Assembly (NCBI GenBank): GCA_034521595.1
Contig: JAXHMG010000003.1
Location: forward strand, 1,760,001 to 1,824,000
Direction of reading: 5' to 3'
From: Gemmatimonadota bacterium
Lineage (GTDB): Bacteria > Gemmatimonadota > Gemmatimonadetes > Longimicrobiales > Gaopeijiaceae
DNA: 64,000 bases
Shown: in pieces, positions 1 through 9,418 of the stretch
Position numbering within the stretch: position 1 is the stretch's first letter
Layout: the number at the start of each line of letters is the position of its first letter
Position numbers and translations under genes: made by a program
Notes under the pieces: generated by a model
Database searches by the model: none
Seen by the model: the letters and a program-made list of their open reading frames with translations, nothing else
What the model was told of the DNA's origin: nothing

Positions 1-80
1 GCTTCCCATCCCCTCCCGAGCCCCGATTCCGGGAGATGGACCGCCCGGGCGGGCGCGACGTCGAGACGGCGCACGCTCAT
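1..80 (-). CDS. ftsW: 5' end of probable cell division protein FtsW (runs off window)
   Basis: ATG at 80 overlaps the murD stop (ATGA) and reads MSVRRLDVAPARAVHLPESGLGRGWE. Identity rests only on dcw gene order. Confidence 0.55.
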   Translation of the reverse strand, partial: MSVRRLDVAPARAVHLPESGLGRGWE

Positions 81-1474
81 GCGACCTCCCTCACGGTCTC
101 GGTGAACACCCGACCGCGTTCCTCGTAGTCGTCGAACATGTCGAAGCTCGAGCAGGCCGGGGACAGGAGCACGATGTCACCGGGCCGAGCGAGCTCCGAG
201 GCGCGCTCCACCACCGCCTTGAAGTCGTCGCCGAGCCGAACCACGTCGACCGAATCCTCCAGGGACTCGGCGATCCGGGGGCCCGCGGAGCCGAACGTGA
301 CCACGGCCCGTGCGCACCGCGCCAGGGTTTCCGCGAGGTCCGCGAACGCCTCACCCTTGTCCTTGCCGCCGAGAAGCGCCACGACCGGCCGGTCGAGGCT
401 CGCCAGGGCGCTCAGGGTGGCGGACACGTTGGTCGCCTTGGAGTCGTTGACCCAAAGGACGCCACCCCGCTCGAGCACCGGCTCCATTCGATGGGGAAGC
501 GCTCTCGCGGCCCGTAGGCCTTCAGCGATGCCGTCACGACCGGCTCCCGCCAACCTCGCCGTGAGCGCGGCCGCGAGCGCGTTCATGACATTGTGCCGAC
601 CCAGGAGTGGAAGCTCGTTTACCGGAAGAAGCGCTTCCGGCTGCCCGGCGACGTCCAGCGTCATGACTCCGTCGGCGACGTAGGCGTGCGATCCGTCCTC
701 GGCGGTTCCCCCGAAGTGATAGCGCGCTCCCGGAGTGTCGCCCGCGAGGCTCTCGATGCGGGCGTCCCCGTGCGGCAGCACCCAGATGCTCCGGTCGTCT
801 CCATTCCGGAAGAGGCGGGCCTTGTCCGCATAGTAGGCATCCGCCGACGGGTACCGGTCCAAATGATCCGGAGCCAGGTTCGTGATCACACCGATATCGG
901 GGCGTAACCTCTCGATGCCGGCGAGCTGGAAGGAGCTGAGCTCCAACACGTACCAGGCGGGCGCGGTATCGAGCAACGCGAGCTCGGAGGCGGCGGGGGC
1001 CAGGCCCCCGCCCACGTTCCCGCCGACGGCGGCCGCGATTCCCGAGGACGCGAGAAGTTGACCGGCGAGCAACACCGTGGTCGTCTTCCCGTTGGTGCCC
1101 GTCAGTGCGATCAGTGAACCCGAGTAGAACCGAACGGCGAACTCAGGCTCGCTGATCCAACCGACACCCCGATCCGAGAGACGTCGCAACACCGGAGCGT
1201 CCGGAGGGATTCCGGGACTGACGACGACCACCCCGGCGCGCGCCAGTCGCTCCGTGTCGTGTCGTCCGAGCTCCACTCGGGCTCCGACTGCCTCGAGCTC
1301 GGCTCCACGAGCTGAAGTTGCGGGGTCAGTGCGCAGATCCGAGACATAAACTTCTCCTCCCTTGGCGAGGGCCAAACGGGCGGCGGCGCTGCCGCTCGCT
1401 CCGAGGCCGATGACGGCCACACTCGTCCCGACGAACGCCTGCGTCGCGGAGCCGTGGGCCAATGGACGGTTCAT
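77..1474 (-). CDS. murD: UDP-N-acetylmuramoyl-L-alanine--D-glutamate ligase
   Basis: GLGASG, SPGI, TGTNGKTT, ELSSFQL, DHLDRY, NDSKATN, LSPACSSFDMF motifs; follows mraY. Confidence 0.97.
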   Translation of the reverse strand: MNRPLAHGSATQAFVGTSVAVIGLGASGSAAARLALAKGGEVYVSDLRTDPATSARGAELEAVGARVELGRHDTERLARAGVVVVSPGIPPDAPVLRRLSDRGVGWISEPEFAVRFYSGSLIALTGTNGKTTTVLLAGQLLASSGIAAAVGGNVGGGLAPAASELALLDTAPAWYVLELSSFQLAGIERLRPDIGVITNLAPDHLDRYPSADAYYADKARLFRNGDDRSIWVLPHGDARIESLAGDTPGARYHFGGTAEDGSHAYVADGVMTLDVAGQPEALLPVNELPLLGRHNVMNALAAALTARLAGAGRDGIAEGLRAARALPHRMEPVLERGGVLWVNDSKATNVSATLSALASLDRPVVALLGGKDKGEAFADLAETLARCARAVVTFGSAGPRIAESLEDSVDVVRLGDDFKAVVERASELARPGDIVLLSPACSSFDMFDDYEERGRVFTETVREVA

Positions 1475-1480
1475 GTCCGC

Positions 1481-2587
1481 TCACCTGATCTTCAGCGTGC
1501 TGATGGCGACCATGGCGCACATCAACCCGAGGATCCAAAAGCGGACGACGACCTTCGTTTCCGGCCACCCGAGCTGCTCGAAGTGGTGATGGATCGGGGC
1601 CATCCTGAAAATCCGGCGCCCTTCACCGAATCGGCGCCTCGTGTACTTGAAGTACGAGGTCTGCAGGATCACCGAGAGGGTTTCGAGAACGAACACGCCC
1701 CCGACGATCACGAGCAGGAACTCCGCCTTGAGCAGGATCGCCATCACACCGATGGCACCCCCGAGCGCGAGGGAGCCCGTGTCTCCCATGAACACTTGCG
1801 CGGGAGGCGCGTTGAACCAGAGAAAGCCGACCGCGGCTCCGGCCAGGGCGACCGCGAAGATCGTCAGCTCTCCCGCTCCGGGCAGGTAGAAGAAGCCCAG
1901 GTACGCCGAGGTGTCGACCCGGCCCGCGATATATGCGAAGACCCCGAAAGTCGCGGCCGCGATCGCGGTCAGACCCGCGGCGAGACCATCCAACCCGTCC
2001 GTCAGGTTCACCGCGTTCGACGAGCCCGAGACCACGGCGGCCGCGAACAGGACGAAAGCCGGCCCGGCGAACGCGGCGGCCACGTCCGAGAAGAACGGAA
2101 CGGTCGTCCACGTGGTCGGGTGCGGGGACATCGGGTTCCACAGGAGAAACGCCCCCAGCGCCAGTCCGAAGCTCCACTGGCCCACCATCTTGTAGCGTGC
2201 CACGAGCCCACGCGTCTTGCCCTGCACGACTTTCAAGTAGTCGTCGAGGAACCCGATGGTGCCCGTCCACAGCAGGGAGATCACCGCGACGATGACGTAC
2301 CCGTTCGTCACATCGGCCCAGAGGAGGGTCGAAAGGGTCGCCGACGCGATGATGATGACTCCGCCCATGGTGGGCGTGCCGGCCTTGCCGAAGTGTGATT
2401 CCGGCCCGGCGTCCCGGACCACCTGGCCGACTCGTGCGCGTTCGAGGTGGCGGATCACCACCGGTCCGAAGGCGAACGCGATCAGCAGCGAAGTGACCAC
2501 CGCGCCCGCGGCCCGGAACGTGATGTAGACGAACACGTTGAACACGACGTGGACGTCGGCGAGCCCGGGCAGAAGATGATAGAGCAT
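1481..2587 (-). CDS. mraY: Phospho-N-acetylmuramoyl-pentapeptide transferase
   Basis: KAGTPTMGG, FLDDY, NAVNLTDGLDGL, FMGDTGS, MAPIHHHFE; multi-TM. Confidence 0.98.
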   Translation of the reverse strand: MLYHLLPGLADVHVVFNVFVYITFRAAGAVVTSLLIAFAFGPVVIRHLERARVGQVVRDAGPESHFGKAGTPTMGGVIIIASATLSTLLWADVTNGYVIVAVISLLWTGTIGFLDDYLKVVQGKTRGLVARYKMVGQWSFGLALGAFLLWNPMSPHPTTWTTVPFFSDVAAAFAGPAFVLFAAAVVSGSSNAVNLTDGLDGLAAGLTAIAAATFGVFAYIAGRVDTSAYLGFFYLPGAGELTIFAVALAGAAVGFLWFNAPPAQVFMGDTGSLALGGAIGVMAILLKAEFLLVIVGGVFVLETLSVILQTSYFKYTRRRFGEGRRIFRMAPIHHHFEQLGWPETKVVVRFWILGLMCAMVAISTLKIR

Positions 2588-3987
2588 CAGCCCGTCCCTC
2601 CGGCGTCTCCGTCTCCGGCGAAATCCGACTCCAACATGGGAAGCATCTCTTCGAGGGCGACCCCGCGAGAACCTTTGAGCAGGATCACCTCGTCACCCTC
2701 GAGTCGGTCTCGCAGCTCCGGGTAGGCGTCGCGCCACTCCGCGGCCGCCAGGACACGGTCACCGTACGATTCTTGCAGGCTCCGCGCGGCTTCGGCGAAC
2801 TGGCCGGTCGCGACGATCAACTCGATCTCGCGCGCGATCGCAGCCGCCAGAACCTCCGCGTGCAGGCGCTCGGATGCATTCCCCAGCTCGAGCATGGTGC
2901 CCAACACGGCCACCTTGCCGGACGATGCCTGATAGCTCTCGAGTATTCCCAAAGCGGCGCGCATGCTCTGGGGATTGGCGTTGTAGCAGTCGACGATGAC
3001 GGTCAGGTCACCGACGGGCCGAACCTGTCCGCGCAGATCCCCGGTCTCGGCGGATTCGAGTCCGCGCACCGCCCGATCGGTCGGCACGTCGAGGAACTCT
3101 GCAACGGTCAACGCGAGAAGCGCGTTCGAGACGCCATGACGGCCGGCCAGCGGAACGGATACGGGCCTGCCCCGCCAGTGGAAGCGGTAGCGGCCGAACG
3201 CGTCGGTCGCGATCTCTCCCGGGCGGGCGTTCGCGTCCGCCAGCTCACTCATCCCGGCAACCGTGACCTCCGGGACGATCCTCCGGGCCGCTGCGGGGAG
3301 CTCGGGAGGTTCGTCCCCGACCACGGCCCGGCCACCCGGGCCGAGTCCGCGAAGGAGGTCGAGCTTTTCCTCCATGACGCCCTCGAGCGAACCCAGTCCG
3401 TCGAGATGACTCTCACCCACGTTGGTGATGACCGCGATGTCCGGACGAGCGATCTCGGTCAACGTGCGGATCTCTCCGGGCTCGTTCGTGCCGAGCTCGA
3501 GGACCACGACCTCGGCTTCATCCGGGCATTCGAGAAGCGTGAGGGGCACCCCCACCCGATTGTTCCGGTTCCCATGAGTCGCGTGCGTCCGCACCGACGT
3601 GCCGAGGGCCGCGGAGAGGAAGTCCTTCGTCGTGGTCTTGCCCGTAGAGCCCGTGATGGCAACCACCGGGCACTCGAGCAGGGCGCGCCGGTGTCGAGCC
3701 AGGGCACCCAACGCCACCAGGGTATCGTTGACCGGGTACACCGTGATGTCGCGAGCCGCCGGTACCATGCGCGAAGCTATGACCCCCCGGGCTCCGCCGG
3801 CGACCGCATCGGCAATGAAGTCGTGCCCGTCGAAGCGGTCTCCCGAAAGGGCCACGTAGAGCGCCCCCGGTCCGATGGCGCGGCTGTCCGTCGAAACCTC
3901 CGTGTAGGTCGGCTCGTGGCCACCGAGATCCGTCCGGAGCCCGAGGGCCGTGCGCACCTCCAGATCGGTCCAGCGGCGGCCCGTCAT
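2587..3987 (-). CDS. murF: UDP-N-acetylmuramoyl-tripeptide--D-alanyl-D-alanine ligase
   Basis: Real start MTGRRW at 3987 (ATGA overlap with murE stop); STDSR, FDGHDF, TGSTGKTTTK, DCYNANP, GTMLELG, KGSRG. Confidence 0.96.
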   Translation of the reverse strand: MTGRRWTDLEVRTALGLRTDLGGHEPTYTEVSTDSRAIGPGALYVALSGDRFDGHDFIADAVAGGARGVIASRMVPAARDITVYPVNDTLVALGALARHRRALLECPVVAITGSTGKTTTKDFLSAALGTSVRTHATHGNRNNRVGVPLTLLECPDEAEVVVLELGTNEPGEIRTLTEIARPDIAVITNVGESHLDGLGSLEGVMEEKLDLLRGLGPGGRAVVGDEPPELPAAARRIVPEVTVAGMSELADANARPGEIATDAFGRYRFHWRGRPVSVPLAGRHGVSNALLALTVAEFLDVPTDRAVRGLESAETGDLRGQVRPVGDLTVIVDCYNANPQSMRAALGILESYQASSGKVAVLGTMLELGNASERLHAEVLAAAIAREIELIVATGQFAEAARSLQESYGDRVLAAAEWRDAYPELRDRLEGDEVILLKGSRGVALEEMLPMLESDFAGDGDAGGTG

Positions 3988-5459
3988 TCGACCCCCAGGT
4001 CGGCCAAGGCATCGGTGACGACGAGCCGTTCGTCGAGGGGATGCTTCTCCCGACCGACGACCTGGTACCGCTCGTGCCCTTTCCCCGCGAGGACGACCGT
4101 GTCGCCGGGCCGTGCGAGCTCCATCGCCCGCCGGATCGCTTTCCTCCGATCGGTGATGCGCTCGTGCGACCGGCCACCGAGGCCCGCCTGGAGGTCGTCC
4201 AGAATGCGCTCGGGGTCCTCGGTCCGAGGATTGTCGGACGTGAGCACGACCACGTCCGCGACCTCCGCCACGACCTCGGCCATCGGATGGCGCTTGCGAC
4301 GGTCCCTTTCTCCGCCGGCCCCGAAGAGGACGATCAGACGACCAGCCGTGAGCGGCCGCACGGTCCGGAGCAAGCCCTCGAGCGCGGCCGGGGTATGCGC
4401 GAAGTCGATGAGCACCGTGAAGGGGCTCGACCGCACGACCTCCATGCGCCCGGGGATCTGCTTCGCTCGTCCGAGTCCCTCCGCAATCTCGTCGAGGGCA
4501 AGACCGACGACGCTGGCGGCCGATGCCGCCGCCAAGGCATTCTCGACGTTGAAGCGACCGGCCAGCGGGAGGCGCAGCGCGCGCGCCTCGCCCCCGATCC
4601 GCAACGTGAAGCTCGACCCCGCGGAGTCGAAGTCGAGGTCCGTGGCGCGGACCTGCGCGTCGCGTCCCACCCCGTACGTCAGCGTGTGGCGTCCGGGGGC
4701 CTGAAGCGTATCCCAGGCGGGCTCGTCCCGATTCACGACCACCGTGCCCTCGGGCACGACGAGCTCGACCAGCCGCACCTTGGCGGCACGGTAGGCCTCG
4801 AGGTCGCCATGGTAGTCCAGGTGGTCCTGGCTCAGGTTCGTGAACACGGCGACATCGAAAGCCGTGCCGTCCAGCCGTTTTTGTGCGAGCGCGTGCGACG
4901 AAGCTTCCAGCACCACGGCCTCGAACCCTTCGTCCACCAGCTCCCGCAACCAACGTGCGATCTGGACGGGTCCGGGCGTCGTGAGAGCTTCCGAGCCCGG
5001 ACGTGCACCGTCGTCGTCGACGAGCCCGAGGGTGCCGATCGCCGCGGCCTTCATGCGCGTGCTCAGAAGGTCTCGCAGCAGCAGCGTCGTGGTCGTCTTC
5101 CCGTTGGTCCCGGTAATTCCCACGGCCGTCAGGACGTCGGACGGGAAACCCATCACCCCCGCCGCTACCAGCGCCGCCGCTCGCCGTCCGTCGGAAACGA
5201 CGAGCTGGGGGATGTCGACATCCACCGGCCGCTCCACCACCGCGGCCACCGCGCCCGCCGCCTGCGCGTGGGCGACATAGTCGTGCGCGTCCTGGTCCGA
5301 GCCCAGCCAGGCCAGAAAGAGATCGCCCCGCCCCACGACGCGCGAATCCTGCGCGACGCCCATAACGTCAACGTCCTCCGCGCCGCGCGACTCCAGGAGG
5401 AGGTCGGCCGACCGGAGGACGTCACCCACCGCCACGAGCGAGCGGAGCTCCCTACTCAT
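3984..5459 (-). CDS. murE: UDP-N-acetylmuramoyl-L-alanyl-D-glutamate--2,6-diaminopimelate ligase
   Basis: Start MSRELRS at 5459; TGTNGKTT, EASSH, DHLDYH, DFAHTP, DNPR (meso-DAP-type motif), AGKGHE. Confidence 0.96.
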   Translation of the reverse strand: MSRELRSLVAVGDVLRSADLLLESRGAEDVDVMGVAQDSRVVGRGDLFLAWLGSDQDAHDYVAHAQAAGAVAAVVERPVDVDIPQLVVSDGRRAAALVAAGVMGFPSDVLTAVGITGTNGKTTTTLLLRDLLSTRMKAAAIGTLGLVDDDGARPGSEALTTPGPVQIARWLRELVDEGFEAVVLEASSHALAQKRLDGTAFDVAVFTNLSQDHLDYHGDLEAYRAAKVRLVELVVPEGTVVVNRDEPAWDTLQAPGRHTLTYGVGRDAQVRATDLDFDSAGSSFTLRIGGEARALRLPLAGRFNVENALAAASAASVVGLALDEIAEGLGRAKQIPGRMEVVRSSPFTVLIDFAHTPAALEGLLRTVRPLTAGRLIVLFGAGGERDRRKRHPMAEVVAEVADVVVLTSDNPRTEDPERILDDLQAGLGGRSHERITDRRKAIRRAMELARPGDTVVLAGKGHERYQVVGREKHPLDERLVVTDALADLGVE

Positions 5460-7443
5460 GGGTCGTCCCCGAGCGCAGGCGAACGGTATCTCCCGGAAGC
5501 ACCCGCGTTCCCGGCGGCGGCACACTCCCCGCGATTCGACCACCCCCCGAGCGTTCGACGCGCAAGCCCAACGCATGGAGACGCCGTACCGCGACCCGAG
5601 TGGGGAGTCCTCCCATATCCGGCAGGGCAACTCCTTCGCCGAGCGCCGACATGCCCCGATGCGCATCTTGGCGGGAGCCTGCCGGGACCCCGATGGGCGG
5701 CAGAGGTGGATCCGCCATCTGGCTCGCGAACGTCGCGAGCGATGCCGAGCCCGTCCGACGCGCTCCGGCGGAAGAGGAGGACCGGACGAGCGCCGCCCTG
5801 TCGAGCGGCGTGGCCCGGGCCGCGAGCGCCGCTTCCATGGTCGCCCGTGTCACCGGGGCCGCCACGGCTCCACCGTAGTATGCACCGTTCGGCCGGTCGA
5901 GCTTCACGAAGACCACGAGTTGCGGATCGTCCGCGGGAAAGTACCCCACGAACGACGAATTGTAGGCACCGGACTCGTACCCGTTCTCTCCATAGGCGCG
6001 AGCCGTCCCACTCTTTCCCGCGACCCGGAAGGTCGCCAAGCGCGCGGACCCGCCGGTCCCGTCCTCGACGACGCCGACGAGCTCCCGGCTGACGGCGCGA
6101 GCGACCCGCTCGGACACCACACGCCGGATCTCGCGGGGCTCGGTGCGCTCCACGACCCGTCCGTCAGAGCTCCGCACCTCCCGGACGAGGAAGGGCTGCA
6201 TCAAGGTTCCCCCGTTCGCGAGAGCTCCGTAGGCCATCGCCATCTGCAACGGCGTGACGGAGATCTCGTACCCGATCGCGAGCGAGGCGGCGGACTGTCC
6301 CGTCCACTGCTCGGGCCGCCGCAGCAAGCCGGCGGCTTCGCCCGGGAGCTCGATGCCGGTCCGAACCCCGAAGCCGAAGTCCCGGAGGTTCTCGTACTGT
6401 CGTCCGGGCGTGAGCGCCTGCGCGGCCTTGGCGATCCCCACGTTCGACGAAACACGCAGCGCTTCACCAACGGTCATGCGTCCCGACGAATGCACGTCGT
6501 GCAACGTGCGCCCCTCCACCGTCCACGTCCCGTCCTCGGCATCGACCGAATCGTGAAGCGACATCAGATCGTTGGAAAGAAGCCCCGCTACGGTGAACGG
6601 CTTCAAGGTGGAGCCCGGTTCGAAGGGGCTGTGGATCGCCGACAAGGAGGCCGCTTCTTCGTCGCGCACGGACACCAGGGCAAGGATCTCTCCGGTGCGC
6701 GGGTCGGTCACCAGCACATCACCGCCGCGCGCGCCCGTTCGATCGATGGCGTCGTCCAGCGCCTCGTGCGCGATTTCCTGGAGGTCCATGTCCAACGTCA
6801 GGCGGACGTTGTCACCGGACTCGGGGGAGCGCACCGTCAAACGCTCTCCGGGGATCGGACTTCCCAGATGGTCACGGGCGACGACTTCCCGCCCCGGCAC
6901 GCCACGCAGGATCTCATCGAACGCCTGCTCGATTCCCCCCACCCCACGCTCCTCCCGGACACGCCCGAGGAGGCTTCGCGCGAGGTCGCCGTGTGGGTGA
7001 TACCGCTGCAACTCCCGCTCCATCCGGAGGCCCCGCAACCCTCGGGCGTGCTCACGGATGCCGGGGGGATGCAACCCGGGAACGACACTCCACGCCCGCG
7101 AGGGTGACGTCAGGCTCTCGGCCTGACGCCGCGGGATACCGAGCTGCTCCGTCAGCAGCGTACGCGTGCCCTCGACGTCGTTCAGCTCCCGCGGGGCGAA
7201 GCTCAGTCGGTACCGTTCCCGTGACACCGCGAGCGGCATCTCGTCCCGATCGAGCACCGCTCCACGGGGGGCCGGAATTTCGGCATCGGTACGGTGCTGG
7301 CGCTCCGCGATCTGCTTCCACTCCGCCGCCTCGACGACCTGAATCTGGGCGGCCCGCGCGCAGATGACGCTCAATGCCGCCAACCACCCGACGAGGATGG
7401 TTCGGCGACGCCACGGACTCGCAGCACGCACGGTATTCGTCAC
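5452..7443 (-). CDS. ftsI: Class B penicillin-binding protein FtsI with C-terminal PASTA-like domain
   Basis: N-terminal TM; EPGSTLK (SxxK), SSN (SxN), GKSGT; dcw position. Confidence 0.93.
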   Translation of the reverse strand: MTNTVRAASPWRRRTILVGWLAALSVICARAAQIQVVEAAEWKQIAERQHRTDAEIPAPRGAVLDRDEMPLAVSRERYRLSFAPRELNDVEGTRTLLTEQLGIPRRQAESLTSPSRAWSVVPGLHPPGIREHARGLRGLRMERELQRYHPHGDLARSLLGRVREERGVGGIEQAFDEILRGVPGREVVARDHLGSPIPGERLTVRSPESGDNVRLTLDMDLQEIAHEALDDAIDRTGARGGDVLVTDPRTGEILALVSVRDEEAASLSAIHSPFEPGSTLKPFTVAGLLSNDLMSLHDSVDAEDGTWTVEGRTLHDVHSSGRMTVGEALRVSSNVGIAKAAQALTPGRQYENLRDFGFGVRTGIELPGEAAGLLRRPEQWTGQSAASLAIGYEISVTPLQMAMAYGALANGGTLMQPFLVREVRSSDGRVVERTEPREIRRVVSERVARAVSRELVGVVEDGTGGSARLATFRVAGKSGTARAYGENGYESGAYNSSFVGYFPADDPQLVVFVKLDRPNGAYYGGAVAAPVTRATMEAALAARATPLDRAALVRSSSSAGARRTGSASLATFASQMADPPLPPIGVPAGSRQDAHRGMSALGEGVALPDMGGLPTRVAVRRLHALGLRVERSGGGRIAGSVPPPGTRVLPGDTVRLRSGTTHE

Positions 7444-7727
7444 GAGATCGGCTCCCCTGGCAAGATCACCAGCTCCGAGGCGTCGGGGGTATGCATGTTC
7501 AACCGCTCACGGGCCAGCGGAACCACTCGCGACCGGCTCTCCAGAGCCTGGATGCCCCGCTCCAGATCGACCTGCTCGGCCCGCATCTCCGCGGATGCGC
7601 GCCGAACGTCCTCCAACTCGCGCAGGACTTCGAGCGCTCGGCTCTGTCTCCAGGTCACGAAACCCAAGGAGAGCAGGAGCACGGCCAGCGTGAGCCCGGC
7701 CTTGGCCAGAAACGAAGGGCTGATCAT
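7440..7727 (-). CDS. ftsL: Cell division protein FtsL-like
   Basis: 95 aa, one TM plus coiled coil, ARERLNM motif; between rsmH and ftsI with overlapping start/stop codons. Confidence 0.8.
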   Translation of the reverse strand: MISPSFLAKAGLTLAVLLLSLGFVTWRQSRALEVLRELEDVRRASAEMRAEQVDLERGIQALESRSRVVPLARERLNMHTPDASELVILPGEPIS

Positions 7728-8653
7728 GCGGCCCTCCGCCAAGCCCTCAGACGCGCGCTCCGCGCCCTCGGGTTCCGCTCGACCTCCGCCTGAGAGGGCC
7801 GGACCGGTTTCCGCGTCAGAGTCTCTCCGAGCGCGCGGCCGCGGCACCGGCACACGGGCAATTCCGGAGGGCACACGCACTCGCGGCTCCAGTCCCGGAA
7901 CGCATGCTTCACGATCCGGTCCTCGAGTGAATGGTAGGCGATCACCACCAACACGGCTTCGTTCTCCAAGGCGTCCCGAAGGGCCGGCAACGCCCGCTCC
8001 AGGCTGGTCAACTCGTCGTTGACGGCAATCCGAACGGCCTGGAAGATCCGAGCCTTGTCCCGTGCCGAAGGGGGGCGCCCGTAAACCACAGCGAGCGCGG
8101 CGACGAGCTGATCGCTCGTCTCGAACGTCTCGCTCGCCCGTCGCTTCACGATCTCGCGCGCCAAGCGGCGCGCCCGCGGCTCTTCACCATAGTCACGGAA
8201 CACCGCCACGAGTCGCTCTTCTTCGGCATTCTCGAGCAGGGTGCGGGCACTCTCCCGCCCCTCCGTATCCATGCGCATGTCCAGGGGCACACCCCGGCGA
8301 AACGCGAAGCCGCGAGCATCGGCATCGAGCTGGTGCGAGCTCACCCCCAGATCGAGCAAGGCTCCGGCGAGGCCACGGTCCCGCACCTCCGGATCGGACA
8401 GAGCTTCATCGAAGCGGGCATGGAGGAAGCGAACGCGGTCCCTGTAGGCCGCGAGCGTGTGTCGAGCCTCGCCCAAGGCTTCCGAATCGCGGTCGACGCC
8501 GAGCACCCGGCACTCCGGGCAGGCTTCGAGCACCGCGAGAGCGTGTCCCCCGGCGCCGACGGTCGCGTCCAGGAGAAGCCCGCGCCCTCGAGGCGCGAGC
8601 AACGCCAAGACTTCGTCGACCATCACCGCGGCGTGGTACTCGGACATGGTCAT
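7724..8653 (-). CDS. rsmH: 16S rRNA m4C1402 methyltransferase RsmH (MraW)
   Basis: DATVGAGGH, DLGVSSHQLD, PLDMRMD, FQAVRIAVN, HSLEDR, NPRARSARLR. Confidence 0.97.
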   Translation of the reverse strand: MTMSEYHAAVMVDEVLALLAPRGRGLLLDATVGAGGHALAVLEACPECRVLGVDRDSEALGEARHTLAAYRDRVRFLHARFDEALSDPEVRDRGLAGALLDLGVSSHQLDADARGFAFRRGVPLDMRMDTEGRESARTLLENAEEERLVAVFRDYGEEPRARRLAREIVKRRASETFETSDQLVAALAVVYGRPPSARDKARIFQAVRIAVNDELTSLERALPALRDALENEAVLVVIAYHSLEDRIVKHAFRDWSRECVCPPELPVCRCRGRALGETLTRKPVRPSQAEVERNPRARSARLRAWRRAA

Positions 8654-9081
8654 CCGAACAGCTTGTGCGCGATCTGTTCGAGATCGCCGGATGCACCCTC
8701 GACGGTCGCGCGATACGTGTCCGGATCCCAGAGCTCCACCCGATCGATGTTGCCGCTCAGGAGCACGGCGCTGGTGAGCCCCGCAGCCTCCTGCAACCCC
8801 GCCGGAATCAAAATCCGTCCCTGCTTGTCGGGCGCGACCTCGACCGCCTGCGCCACGATCAAGCGGACGTTGTTCCAGGCGTCCGGATCCGTGCGCCGGA
8901 ACTCCAGGAGACGCTCCTGCACGTCCACCCACTTGGCCTCCGGGAAGAGTGTCAGGTACGGCTTCTCCCACTGAAGGAGCACGAAGCGGTCGCTTCCCGC
9001 CTCCCGCCTGAAAGCGGAAGGCAGACTGACCCGCCCCTTCGGGTCCATCTGGTGCTCGTACTGACCGACGAAGCCGTTCAC
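8650..9081 (-). CDS. mraZ: Transcriptional repressor MraZ
   Basis: 143 aa with two SpoVT/AbrB repeats (DPKGRVSLP, DKQGRILIP); first gene of dcw. Confidence 0.97.
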   Translation of the reverse strand: MNGFVGQYEHQMDPKGRVSLPSAFRREAGSDRFVLLQWEKPYLTLFPEAKWVDVQERLLEFRRTDPDAWNNVRLIVAQAVEVAPDKQGRILIPAGLQEAAGLTSAVLLSGNIDRVELWDPDTYRATVEGASGDLEQIAHKLFG

Positions 9082-9092
9082 TCAATGTCCAG

Positions 9093-9127
9093 GTGGCATA
9101 GAGTGGGTAGTAGTGGGAAGCGATGGG
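9093..9127. promoter_or_regulatory. MraZ-box array (4 x G/ATGG at 10-bp period)
   Basis: GTGGC 9093, GTGGG 9103, GTGGG 9113 and ATGGG 9123 on the + strand, between the -10 element and the mraZ start. Confidence 0.75.
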
Positions 9128-9130
9128 AGG

Positions 9131-9160
9131 ATAATACGGGGGCATGGAGCAGGACGTCAA
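9131..9160 (-). promoter_or_regulatory. sigma70-type promoter of the dcw operon
   Basis: Minus strand TTGACG-N18-TATTAT, 50 bp upstream of mraZ. Confidence 0.7.
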
Positions 9161-9352
9161 GAGTAGATTTTTCGACATTTTCCTGGGCGCGCCACGCCAC
9201 GAATCACCCCAGAAGCCCTTGCAGAACAACGCCGATCCGGATTACCCCGTCCGACCAATTCACCACGAATACGAACAAAAACCGAAGGTGCCGCATAAGC
9301 GAATCCGAGGCGTGGGTGGGGAAAAGTGGAATAACCACTGATGCTCCCTCAT

Positions 9353-9392
9353 AAAAAAAGGGTGCCGCGGGGATCGATCCCCGCGGCACCCT
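9353..9392 (-). terminator. Intrinsic terminator of the TPR gene
   Basis: Perfect inverted repeat AGGGTGCCGCGGGGAT-CG-ATCCCCGCGGCACCCT followed by a T-run on the minus strand. Confidence 0.92.
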
Positions 9393-9418
9393 CGACGACC
9401 CAATGGGCCGGGTGCGTG

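Noticed and set aside
2587..4953. 788-aa ORF suggesting an extended MurF or a MurE-MurF fusion
   Set aside because: The first ~320 codons are an alternate frame over murE. MurF starts at 3987 with a normal ATGA overlap.
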